DNA of 52,500 nt, filler included, from Sphacelaria rigidula (taxonomy: Eukaryota), in the NCBI GenBank assembly GCA_964200075.2. It is 4 parts of 4 records of this genome, joined end to end, with 100 filler letters (N's around TTAATTAATTAA, not from the genome) between each part and the next. Parts side by side here need not be neighbours in the genome. Positions count along the whole stretch, not along the records: positions 26,302 to 39,351 come from CAXNAA020003202.1; 3 more parts are not named here. The stretch is one strand, 5' to 3'. A program made the position numbers and the translations under genes. Position 1 is the stretch's first letter, and every line of letters begins with the position of its first letter. The notes under the pieces were generated by a model, which saw only the letters and a program-made list of their open reading frames with translations, was not told where the DNA came from and searched no databases. Below, piece by piece: positions 26,302 through 38,424 of the stretch.

Positions 26302-28707
26302 CTCACCGCCCTCTACAGTCACTCTCCTTCACTACCATCAGTTCTCTGTTTTAAGAGGAAACTGCGAGTTCTGTTTTTCTTGGTCAAATAAAGCGCCCAT
26401 TCAACCATTTGTCTCACTGATTTATTCTGAAGCAGCGGAAGCAAGTGGCCTGATCAACCACGGTGCAACCTCTGCACACTACTGTTCGCTGAACAGTAGT
26501 TGGTCTGTCGTAAGGACAGTGCTACGATCACGAATTATTCCAACAGCTTTTGAGCCATCGATTGGCGACCACGTAGGTCTTCAGGTCATCAGCCTTCGCT
26601 TCGAGACTACGTCGGTCAGCACCAGCGAGGGGACTTCCCATCAAGGTCGTCACGGCAGCTAAAAATAAAAATTGAGAAGAGCCCTATATTCATACTTCTT
26701 CTTTGATCAAGGTTTTAGGTGAGATAAATTCTCACACATACTGTAACAAGATGAATAATCAAGGAGAGCTATATGTTGCACAGCTCATCAGGAGCATCAG
26801 GAAATTCGACGGAACAAATTCCTCGAATGGAAGCGCAGGACGCGCGCAATGATTTCCCTCACACATCCTGGGATTTCGGATATAATAAATGGAAGTAAAC
26901 GTCCCGCGGAAACTTTTGATGACGTGGAGCACACTCAAGGTGCCCAATCAGTTCCAGTTGCACGACCCAGGTCAAATCAACTCCGCCACACACCCACTCC
27001 CAAGGAACCGCGCCGTCTTCATCTGAAGAGGCAGCCGAAACAAGTGATCCAGTTGGGGACCCGCTGGCTGGCAGCGGAGCGGACTTCTCTTGGGAGGATA
27101 CACATCTAAGAGTTGTGGTGAACAGATCTGAAGTTGATGATTGGGATCGCTGCAACGAACAGTTGTTCAATATACTATACTTGACAACTACAGGCCCAGC
27201 GAGTAGTTTTCTTCTTCGCTTCGAGCCGAAGGGCCACGCAAGACGGGATGGCAAAAATGCATGGGAGGCACTGGTCGGTAAATACGAGGACTTTTCGAAG
27301 AAACGTCGGCGTATTCTTATGCGTCAGCTAGATAACATCAAGATGTCACCTGGCCAAGATCCTGACGTGTTTTTGACCAAGATCTATGAACTACGTGATC
27401 AGCTGGTGTACATGGGTGAGCCCATTTCAGATGATAGACTCACAGACATCGTGGTGGAAGGCTTGACAGATGAATACGACAGGATAAAGTATGATGCGGA
27501 GCGTGACCCAGACTTTGGCATCTCCGACATCAAAGTAACAATGAGGAACATGTATTCAAATTGCGTCGCACGCGGAATTTTGTCGAAGGGAATACGCGGC
27601 CGTGATTCCGCCATGATAGCAACCACACCTCTCGATTCATCTGCAACACCTACAAAATTTGCTGGGAAACGTTTTTCCTGCGGTCGGCCTGGACACCAAA
27701 GCCGAGACTGTCGCTCGAAACGACAACCGAATAGCAGGAGCAGGGCTGTAAAATGGTGCAGCCTGCATCGTACAGATAAACATGACAACTCCGATTGTAA
27801 GAGTCAAATCACTAACGGTGCTGCGCCGACGAGTAGCAGCAGGAACAACAACTACCAGAACAAGAAAAACCATCGCCGTCGTAACAACACGCGCAACAGC
27901 AACAACAACAACTCCGACTTCGGCACGAATAACACCATCAGCCATCCGAATCAAGCGAATACCGCCACCATGGACCCTGCGTCAACCACTTCTTTTAACT
28001 ACTGTTCCTTCCAATGATCAAACTCAAGACACCAGCGGATCTTCATCTTCAACATCGATTGAAATATGCGTGCCACCAAGTAGTGTGGGCTGTACCTTTT
28101 TTGCCGATCCTGTGGACAAGAACATGACTCAGCTATCGTCTTCGATATCATTCAAGATGGTACGCGACTCCGGGGCCAGTCATCACTACATCGACGATCA
28201 GCTACTTCCTAACATTGAAGAGGAGATTATGTGAAACTCGATCCTCCCATGAGAATTCTGACAGCAGGTCGTCATATCCTGAGCGGAACAGGAAAGGGAG
28301 TACTCCACTCCATCGTCTGTGATCAGCAGGGTAATCAACACTCCGTCCGTCTTCCGGCCATTATTGTTCCGCGTCTAGGGAAACATAATTTTTCACCAGT
28401 TGAAGCACTCACAAGAGGAGCTTCAACCGTGTTCTCCGTCGACTGCCACGTCGACCTTGGAAAATTCAATATTCCAATACACACCGACAACAACAACGGT
28501 ACGCTCCACTCCATCAACATGAAGATTGTTCGGGACTCAAGAAATGCCAAAACAAACACCGGGTCAGCATTTACGACTAAAGTAGTGTCCGGGGAATTTA
28601 TGGGGATTGGCACAGCATTATCAGCAGTAGTACCTCCCTCGGACATCAAATCGACAGGAGCAGTCAATATTGCCGAACCATCTTTGATATTTTTCGCAGA
28701 ACAGTGA
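26302..28707 (+). mobile_element. Ty1/Copia LTR retrotransposon, 5' fragment (LTR end, gag, protease); no recognisable integrase or RT
   Basis: Putative LTR end ...ccaaca (26545) followed by gcttttgagcc, resembling the GGTTATGAGCC-type Copia PBS. ATG at 26751 gives MNNQ...RKFDGTN/FLEWKRR across a frameshift. UBN2-like gag DGKNAWEALVGKY...EGLTDEYD. Knuckles FSCGRPGHQSRDC and WCSLHRTDKHDNSDC. Protease DSGASHHY at ~28166. Confidence 0.85.
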
Positions 28708-31620
28708 CAAGACCGTAAGATTCAACGAGTAGAACGAGAATGGGTATAAACTACAGTAAAACTAATAGATCTTCATGGGTCAAGCCTACATCTGCATATA
28801 ACAGAACGAGGGGAGAAAAGCCAAACTTTTACGAAAAGAACAAACGTGTCGACTTCAACGGACGAGGAGATTACAACAGAAGTTCAAGAAGATCGACAAC
28901 TTCACCGCAGAAGAATCGCGATCATCCTTCTCGTCACCGTCATCATTACCATCATCAACTACAGCACCAGCACCAGCCACAAAAGCATCAGCAGCCCATA
29001 AGGTACGACATCAGGGCAGTTTAGGCGTTATAGAAATAACAACAGAGTATGCCAGAGAAAAACTTGGCATCAAGAAAGCAGACTCATCATCAGTACTCCA
29101 GCAGGTGCTAGATACCCTACCTGCAGACGTAAAAAGCGGGGCAGTTCAACCTCCAAGGGACATCGCACGCAAAATGCGCGGTACAGAAAATCCCAACCAG
29201 CCAACACGATCACAACGAAAACAAATGAAGATCATCTGCTTTTTCAAGAAGCAACCATCCCAAGCGACTCCAACAAGCCCGAGAATAGCATCCACTATCA
29301 AGAAGCCAGTATCCAGAGACACGTCTTCAGCGCACTTCAGCATCATCACCAGAAACATCACTCACGTCGGAGCACAGGGCATACAACAGCATAGTCGCGT
29401 CAAGTGAACCTCCGGTGTTTCATTTGAAACGGAACACTTCGTGCGATTAGGTCGCCGCGCTTCACCCTTCAGGATTTCACACCACCACTACATACTGCAA
29501 CAACCACGACCGAGTGAGGGCACGGAATAAGGGGAGCAGCTATACTACGACACCGCCCAGAACGGACCGAATAAGATCAACGTACGCCACTACAACACCA
29601 CACATTGTTAGCCATAAAACGAAATGGTTGATCGGTATCAGGGCAATATAACACGGTACGTACTTGATTCGTATATATTACAATGTATGTACTGACTTCC
29701 GTATAGGATATATGTATTGACTTGCGTACAGTACAGAATCATAGGACTGCGTACAGGATCTTGATTTATTAAAATTACTGTGTGTCATGAGTACACCGTA
29801 TGTACTCAACTAGTTTACCAAGCTGTGTACAGAGGCTTATGTTTGCGCACTAGGGCAACATGCTTTGAGTCGAGCAGCAACTACAGTAGGATACGCAGTT
29901 GACACCGCTCCCGACGAGACTGTCTACGTAAGACAGAGATTCAGATTTATCAATCGTCTTTTAGTCATGAGTGCGCACTGTTCACAACATGAGTACTATA
30001 TCTGGATTTAAGGTTGTTGAGTACCAGAGTACATGTGCTTTGATATTTGCATGCCATGTGAAGTGCTGTATGTTGCGGGAAAACCTTTGAATTTATAGCA
30101 GGCACCAAAAGTGTGATGCCATGCAAATAGCCCGAGTACTTATGTCTAGGGATGAAATTCCACGAGTGACGACATTTCTTGAAGTAAACGGGTACACCTG
30201 TACGCATAATAAACAGACTGATTTCTACACATCAGCTCAGCGTATCTTGGATGATTCTTTGGTTTGATTTGAGCTGAGTTTTACCCATCAGTACAGCGTA
30301 CCTTGTAGCTGATTTTTTGCACATCAGTACAGTGTGCTTTGTGGTACTTCTTGTTCATTTGTCTAGTTCAAGATTTGATTGAAATTTCATTTGCTTATCA
30401 AGCTTTCACGTTTTGATGCGCACTCTTTCAGTGTTAGTTCGGGGTTTCTGACAGCCACTGCTACACCTACCTGTGTGATACATGGCCAGTGCGCTACAAT
30501 TTATGTGCTTCGTAAAGTGCCCTATTTCTTTCGTGAAGCGTGTTCGTCATTGCTAAAATGTACACGGATAGCGCTGAGAGGGATAAGCGGTAGCAGGGGG
30601 AGGGGAGGAAGTGTCCTTCTCAACTATTTGCATGCCGCGGGATGTTGTGGTTTGAGTCGGGACAGGGCATTTCAAAGTTGTGAGACATGAAAATACGGAA
30701 GCCTGAAAGATGACCGCTCAGACCCATCAATAGCCCTGAAGTTGATTTCACCTCACGGTTTATCGTCGCGCCACTTGACAACTCCGTTGTTGTACCACCT
30801 TGTGCGTAAGGTAGCTGTTGACCTTGTACCTTTTATCGCTATCCCTTTGCCCTGTGTCTACCGCCGCGTGGGCGTAGGTGTTAGAGGTCTAGCAGCTACG
30901 GTGATTAATCTGTGGCAACAACGGGGTACAAACGGGCTAGACTCGAAAGACAATAACGTTCTCTCATCGTGAGGGAATAAAGTGGGAAGGAAAATCTTGA
31001 AGTGCGAGTTACAACGGACGATACCCATGAGAGGTACGTACGATAGCGAACTACTACGTTTTTAGACAGGGAAACTCCCAATTCATGTAGCCGCATAAAC
31101 GAGCTAAGGAACACATATCCATCCGCTTCCACATGTGATGACACCCCGGTGTCAGCTCCACAATTGTGTAGTCGCAAGCTATACTATCGTTCCTGGTGAG
31201 CCTGCCATGGTGTCTCTGCAGCCGTCAGAAGTACCTGGGAGGAGGAGTTGACGGACAGGTGTGTTGAGAAAAGGTCCTTGGACGCTTCTCTGTGGTCGCG
31301 AAGGCTGACGCTGGTGGAGAATAAGCCGAGCAGACACGCTGCAATAGGAGTCAAGTCAGGAGATGGTGTTAAGAGTGCCGCTTGCGGGCAAAACAGTCCA
31401 GGACAACCCACCGTGCAGAACGGTCAGTAGAAGAGAGCAGCAGCGAGAGGTGGCTCTTCACCACGTCCCACTTTAGACCGAGATGTCGAAGACAGTACCA
31501 GCGACCTACATTGTCATCTACGACGCCGTTACACTTGTCCCATAACCACACACGAAGCACCACGTTACGAAGCGCTGACAAAATGGGCTCCAAAGCCTCA
31601 CCTCCTTACACTTTGTGAAA

Positions 31621-31976
31621 ATGTCACAGATACCGCTGAGCTAAACAGTCGACGCCGACTGTTTAGCTCAGTGGTGGTATCTTTGACATCATAACAAAAG
31701 ATAATTCCGGGGTTCGACTCTTCCCGCGATCATTCCTTCTAGACCAGAGATACTCGGGCTATTTTGTTAAGAAGAAGCACAGATATCCCGCTTGTACCAT
31801 GAATTTGACCAGGCGCGGCGCTGATGACAGCGGCAGCAACCCTGACACGAACACGAGTGTCCGATGGCTTAACAGTCGGAAGGGTCGCAGGATTAGCTTT
31901 TGCTAAGATGTCACAAATACCACCGAGCTAAACAGCCAGCGCTGACTGTTTAGCTCAGTGGTATATGTGACATCTT
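31621..31976. repeat. Pair of ~70-bp palindromes (31621-31689 and 31905-31976); the first overlaps a tRNA-like A-box/B-box
   Basis: atgtcaca-ataccrcygagctaaacag-[loop]-ctgtttagctcagtggtat-tgacat occurs twice. TAGCTCAGTGG at 31664-31674 and GGTTCGACTC at 31711-31720. Confidence 0.75.
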
Positions 31977-32600
31977 GAAAATGTGGACATGGTTCCTGCA
32001 ACCAAACGCACGCCTTACAGTCGCAAAACACAGTATCCGTGCTCCGTAGGCGGTGCGCAACTACATTTGCCAATTCAATCCTCCTCCCTGCTCATACGTC
32101 TGCCAGGACCACTTCGGGTAGTTACTACTCAGGAAGAACATCCGTTTGCGTGCCAAGTTTGGAGTGTCCTTCTGATTATGATCCTGTCCGCTCAAGATGC
32201 AATCGTAGGGAGAAATAGTCCAGCTTATCTCATATAATACTTGGCCAAAAAGGTACCTTAAGGCGCATGTTACGTCGGTCCACGCTGCGGTGGAATTGTT
32301 AATGACCTACAACAAGGTGTCCATATTTTGTGCATAATGCAGTAGGTAGAACAATATCACGTGACCGTCTTGTTCCATTACATACCCTGGGATGACTCAA
32401 TCGGAGCATGAGACGCCAAGATATGCGCCCCCTTGCCACTTGTGGTGTGGAAGAGAAGAGACGCGAGACGCTGTGCCTTGGCCCAGGCACAGCAACTCAC
32501 GTGAATTTGGGGGCTCTCTGAACGGACAAAACCTTTGGTCAGTTCGACTTGGGAGGCGAGACTACACCGAAGTATGCCCCCCCTTCTCATGACATCAACA

Positions 32601-32870
32601 TATATGGCACTTTCTACCATCGTCCCCCCCCCCCCCCCAAAGTGCCTGGTTTGGGGAGGCCGAATCTTCACGTAAATCGAAATGGGAAAAGCCGAGCACA
32701 ACGAGCAGCTGGGAATCTCCACGTTTGGGTTCGTTCTCGCCAATGTCCTCCATATGAGGCGCTTCATGCAGCCTGAACACAAACATCAGGCGATGTATGA
32801 CCATATTTTTATCAACACTTTTGGTCTGGTTTTGGGGGGGAGGGAGGGCTATCGTAGAAAGTAGTATATA
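32601..32870. mobile_element. MITE-like element with ~40-bp imperfect TIRs
   Basis: tatatggcactttctaccatcgtccccccc...aaa at the left end matches the reverse complement of tttggggggg agggagggctatcgtagaaagtagtatata at the right end. Confidence 0.55.
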
Positions 32871-34815
32871 GGCTTTTTGTGAGATTGCATGCTACCCGGA
32901 ACGGGTAAGTCAATGGTCGCCTCCACTATTGCACATGATGAAGCTGCCTGCTGCGCTGATCACACCGAGTTCCCAGGTGACCCAAGCCACTAGAAGCTGG
33001 GACAGAAGTGTCGTAGGGCACAGTTTCCTAGCTGTTGCAAATGAGCACAGGCTTTTTCTGTCCTCATACGAGTAACAGTACTCGTTATCTCTAAGGCTCC
33101 AGAACTACGGCGGTCGACCGCGAACCACGCTTGCGCTTGACAGAACCACTTGGAGACGCAGTGCCGTCGGCGTTCTCAGATTTTTCGATACTTCAAGGGT
33201 AACGTATTCGGCTCAAGAAAAGATGTATTGTTCAAGCTTCCTGACCATCGCTGAGTCTAAGTAGAACGGAACATTTAGTAAAATACACGAGGTTAGCAAA
33301 ATCCTCCGTGCATCGGCAAGAGGATACGCGCAGCTCACTTGATACTTCGTGTTCTGCGGTTGCAAGTTATGAACCAGGGAAACAGATTGGTTGATTCCTT
33401 GATACCACGGATTTGCCTCCAGCGACCGAGGAATTTGAAAGTGTGGCATAAATAGAATAGTCTGGAATTAGCTCGTCTGCCAGCTGCGTATCGTGCGGGA
33501 AGGAGCGAGTGCATGGCTACATTCACGGCACCCATTGAAGCTGACTGCGGTGATCACAACACGTTCCGAGGTGGTCCACATGCCAATAGCAGCTGGGAGA
33601 TATATATTGACCCACACAGTTGCAAAGCTGCTTCGGACAATACAAGCGCTTTCAGCCCGCGTGAAAAGTGTTCTTACTCCCAAACGCTGTGCAACCAAGG
33701 GGGCTCACCCTCGTCCTCGCTAGTAGTGATAGGACGACTTGAACACGCGATGTGGTCAGCGCACGACAGTTTCTTCGTGCGCCATGAAAATCACCTTCCG
33801 CTTCATCCCGTCACCTGGACACGCGATTGTGCAAGACAAGAGGAGTGGTTGACCATGATGTCGAAATATGTAGCCGGATGATACTATAGTAGAAAGCGCA
33901 AGTGAGTGTACTCGTGGTGTCCAGTCATTACAGTATGTGACGTCGCCATTTAATCATCTGGTCGTCGCCGGGTGGAGTAAGAAATATGGGCGACGGCCCT
34001 TCAGCACACGACGATCCACGCAAGCTGGCCATACCGTCCTTGGAGACGACTGATATGTCAATGGCGGCTAGGGGAGAGGCACTGATGGACACAGCAGTAT
34101 GCCTGTGTCAGATCGCGGGTGCTTCAGCCCACGCCAAATGTTGGCGCTGCAAACAGCTGTGCGCCTACGGCGGTCAACAACTGTCCCCGCTAGTATGGAC
34201 GCCACGACTGGAAACTATGATGCCATCGGACGCACGAATATACCTTGGGACGTCGTGCAAAATACGCTCCGCTCTATCCCGTCGGATCAACTCACACGAC
34301 GCCCGGGATACAATACATGGTCCCCTCGCAGGCCACTGAAACGACGGGAAACTAAAGGTAAAAACCACCTATGCAACAGCCAAGTTAACAATAACACTGT
34401 GTTTCGATGTAGCATACTCATCGATCCGCCTCCCAACTGGAGAAATATGATAAACGGCGACCCTCACGGCACACACCGAAGCTGACTGCGCTTATCATAT
34501 CGTGTATCCAGATAATCAACGTGCCAACACAAGCATGGACACAGACGTCGACCGACACAGTTACAATGATGTGTCGGAGTACGGGCGCTTTCCTTCTGGT
34601 GGAAAGAGCTCGGACTCCCAAACGCTGTGCCACTACGGCGGCCTACCGCCGTGCTCGCTGGTATCGACAGGACCACCTCGAAACACGATGTGGTCAGCGC
34701 ACGCAGGACTCTTCGTACGCCATAGGGATCACCTTCTGCTTGATCCCGTCACCTCGACACGTGGTGGTGTACGACAAGCGGTCGGGTGGTTCGGTGTTAC
34801 CACCTCCACACACAA

Positions 34816-35260
34816 AAACACGGGTTTCGACAAATTGGGGATGGATCTTTCATCGGGGATGAGAAACGGGGAAAAATCAAATATCCGTATCCACACTTGA
34901 TCTTCGAAATATGGGTCCGTTTCTTCACCTACTCATAGTTTTTGACAACTGCTACGCGCCATAGAGATTTGGGCTTCGACCACCAAACGTGTGGGGTCTT
35001 AGATCAGAAACCCATTTCGGGATCATTTTGACGTCCGTTCGGACACCCGGGATTCCCCTAAATGGGTTTCTGACCTAGAACCCCAACGTTTCCGTTATCG
35101 AAATTCAAATTTCAATGGCGTGTAGCAAGTGACAATAACTATGGGTAGGTGGAAAACAAGGACCATGTTTCGATTTTTTGGTGTGGATGCGAAAATTTCC
35201 ATTCTCCCGGTTTCTCATCCGCAATGCAGAATACATACCCGATTTGTAAGATGCCGTGTT
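34816..35260. mobile_element. ~445-bp fully palindromic MITE inserted in an array unit
   Basis: Ends aacacgg...ccgtgtt. Nested inverted pairs gatgagaaacggg/cccggtttctcatc, cacctactcatagtt/aactatgggtaggtg, cagaaacccattt/aaatgggtttctg. Splits the unit motif cacacacaa|tattactacatgac, with CAA present on both sides. Confidence 0.85.
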
Positions 35261-37451
35261 CAAGACTACTATATGACAAGAGTCAGGCCGACCAAGGTGT
35301 AGGGAGCCCTCTACGAGTCATCCAGCAAAACCCGATAGGTCGACGAGCGATGTCTTGTCGTGTACAGTGCAGAAGCGCACATTCACTCGTCGTATGGCGT
35401 GTCATGCGGGGACGACTAAGTCGACGGCGACCCTCACGGCACACACCGAAGCTGACTGCGCTGATTATATCGTGTTCCGAGGCGGCCCACCTGCCAAGAC
35501 CAGCTGGGACACAGACGTCGACCGACACAGTTACAAAGCTGGTTCGGAGTACGGGCGCTTTCCATCCGCGTGGAAAGGGCTCGGACTCCCAAACGCTGTG
35601 CCACTACGGCTGCCTACCCCTGGGCTCGCTGGTATCGACAGGACCACCTGCAAACACGATGTGGTCAACGCAACGCAGGACTCCTTGAACGCCATAGGGA
35701 TCACCTTCGGCTTGATCCCGTCACCTCGACACGCGGTGGTGTACGACAAAGGGTCGGCTGGTTCGGTGTTACCACCTCCACACACAATATTACTACATGA
35801 CAAGAGTCGGGTCAACCAAGGCAACGCGCACATTCACTCGCCGCATGGCGTGTCGTGCGGACCGGACCAAGTCGACGGCGACCCTCACGGCACACACCGA
35901 AGCTGACTGCGCTCATCATATCGTGTGTCCAAGTGATCAACGTGCCAACACCAGCTGGGACACAGACGTCGACCGACACAGTTACAAAGCTGTTTCGGAG
36001 CAAGGGTGCTTTTCATCCGCGTGGGAAGGGCTCGGACTTTCAAACGCTGTGCCACTACGGCGGCCTACCCCCGGGCTCGCTGGTATCGACAGGACCACCT
36101 CGAAACACGATGAGGTCAGCGCACGCAGGACTCTTCGTACGCCATAGGGATCGCCTTCTGCTTGATCCCGTCACCTCGACACGCGGTGGTGTACGACAAG
36201 GGGTCGCGCGGTTCGGTGTTACCACCTCCACACACAATATTACTACATGACAACAGTCAGGTCGACCACGGTGGCGGGAGTCCTCTACGAATCACCCTGA
36301 AACGCACCGGTGAGTCGACGCGCCATGTCTAGTCGTGTACAGTGTCCGACGTGCCCATTTACTCGCCGCGTGGCAGGTCGTGCGAAACCGGACCAAGTCG
36401 ACGGCGACCCTCACGGCACACACCGAAGCTGACTGCGCTGATCATATCGTGTGTCCAGATGATCAACGTGCCGACACAAGCATGGACACAGACGTCGACC
36501 GACACAGTTACAGAGCTGTTTCGGAGCAAGGGTGCTCTTCCTCCGCGTGGGAAGGGCTCGAACTCCCAAACGCTGTGCCACTACGGCGGCCTACCCCCGT
36601 GCTCGCTGGTATCGACAGGAACATCTCGAAACACGGTGTGGTCAGCGCACGCAGGACCCTTCGTACGCCATGGGGATCACCTTCTGCTTGATCCCGTCAC
36701 CTCGATACGCGATGGTGTACAACAAGGGGTCGCGCGGTTCGGTGTTACCACCTCCACACACAATACTACTACATGACAAGAGTATGGTCGACCGAAGTGC
36801 AGGGAGCCCTTGACGAATCACGCTTAGTCGCACCGGTGACCCGATGCGCGATGTCTTGTCGTGTACAGTGTCCGACGTGCCCATTCACTCGCCGCATGGC
36901 GTGTCGTGCGGACCGGACCAAGTCCACGGCGACCCTCACGGCACACATCGAAGCTGACTGCGCTTATCATATCGCGTGTCCAGATAATCAACGAGCCAAC
37001 ACCAGCTGGGACACAGACATCGACCGACACAGTCACAAAGCTGTTTCGGAGCACGGGCGCGTTCCATCCGCGTGGGAGGGGCTCGGACTCCCAAACGCTG
37101 TGCCACTACGGCGGTCTACCCCCGTGCTCGCTGGTATCGACAGGACCACCTCGAAACACGATGTGGTCAGCGCACGCAGGACTCTTCGTACGCCATAGGG
37201 ATCACCTTCTGCTTGATCCCGTCACCTCGACACGCGGTGGTGTACGACAAGGGGTCGCGTGGTTCGGTGTTACCACCTCCACACACAATATTACTACATG
37301 ACAACAGTCAGGTCGACCACGGTGGCGGGAGTCCTCTACGAATCACCCTGAAACGCGCCGGTGAGTCGACCCGCAGTGTCCAGTCGTGTACAGTGTCCGA
37401 TGCGCCCATTCACTCGCCGCATGGCGTGTCGTGCGGACCGGACCAAGTCGA

Positions 37452-37498
37452 NNNNNNNNNNNNNNNNNNNNNNNNNNNNNNNNNNNNNNNNNNNNNNN
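37452..37498. other. Assembly gap (47 N) inside the tandem array
   Basis: N run without linker. Sequence on both sides covers the same part of the unit, so true copy number is unresolved. Confidence 0.95.
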
Positions 37499-38424
37499 GC
37501 AAATGTCCAGTCGTGTACAGTGTCCGATGCGCCCATTCACTCGCCGCATGGCGTGTCGTGCGGACCGGACCAAGTCGACGGCGACCCTCACGGCACACAC
37601 CGAAGCTGACTGCGCTGATCATATCGTGTGTCCAGATAATCAACGTGCCAACACCAGCTGGGACACAGACGGCGACCGACACAGTTACAAAGCTGTTTCG
37701 GAGTACGGGCGCTTTCCTTCTGGTGGAAAGGGCTCGGACTCCCAAACGCTGTGCCACTACGGCGGCCTACCCCCGTGCTCGCTGGTATCGACAGGACCAC
37801 CTCGAAACACGATGTGGTCAGCGCACGCAGGACTCTTCGTACGCCATAGGGATCACCTTCTGCTTGATCCCGTCACCTCGACACGCGGTGGTGTACGACA
37901 AGGGGTCGCGTGGTTCGGTGTTACCACCTCCACACACAATATTACTACATGACAACAGTCAGGTCGACCACGGTGGCGGGAGTCCTCTACGAATCACCCT
38001 GAAACGCACCGGTGAGTCGACCCGCAGTGTCCAGTCGTGTACAGTGTCCGATGCGCCCATTCACTCGCCGCATGGCGTGTCGTGCGGACCGGACCAAGTC
38101 GACGGCGACCCTCACGGCACACACCGAAGCTGACTGCGCTGATCATATCGTGTTCCGATGCGGCTCACCTGCCATGACCAGCTTGGACACAGACGTCGAC
38201 CGACACAGTTACAAAGCTGTTGCGAAGTACAGGCGCTTTCCTTCTGGTGGAAAGGGCTCGGCCAAACGCTGTGCCACTACGGCGGCCTACCCCCGTGCTC
38301 GCTGGTATCGACAGGACCACCTCGAAACACGATGTGGTCAGCACACGCAGGACTCTTCGTACGCCCTCTGCTCGATCCCGTCACCTCGACACGCGGTGGG
38401 TGTCTTGCAATGCGTGAGAGGACC

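Larger units (their letters stand above)
34455..38399. repeat. Tandem array of ~524-bp units, each an imperfect ~400-nt palindrome
   Basis: Marker cgaccctcacggcacac recurs at about 34458, 35428, 35879, 36405, 36929, 37582 and 38106. Spacings of 524-526 bp, one shortened unit (451 bp), one MITE-interrupted unit and one N gap. Older diverged copies at ~32940-33170, ~33520-33840 and ~33990-34300. Confidence 0.95.

Noticed and set aside
31655-31735. Functional tRNA-Met gene
   Set aside because: A-box, B-box and a CAT loop are present, but the acceptor and T stems do not pair properly. Kept only as tRNA-like.
34455-38399. CRISPR-like array or repeated protein-coding ORFs (e.g. HYGGLPPCSLVSTGPPRNTMWSAH)
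   Set aside because: Units are ~524 bp with no unique spacers and no cas genes. Reading frames shift between units, so the ORFs are by-products of the repeat.
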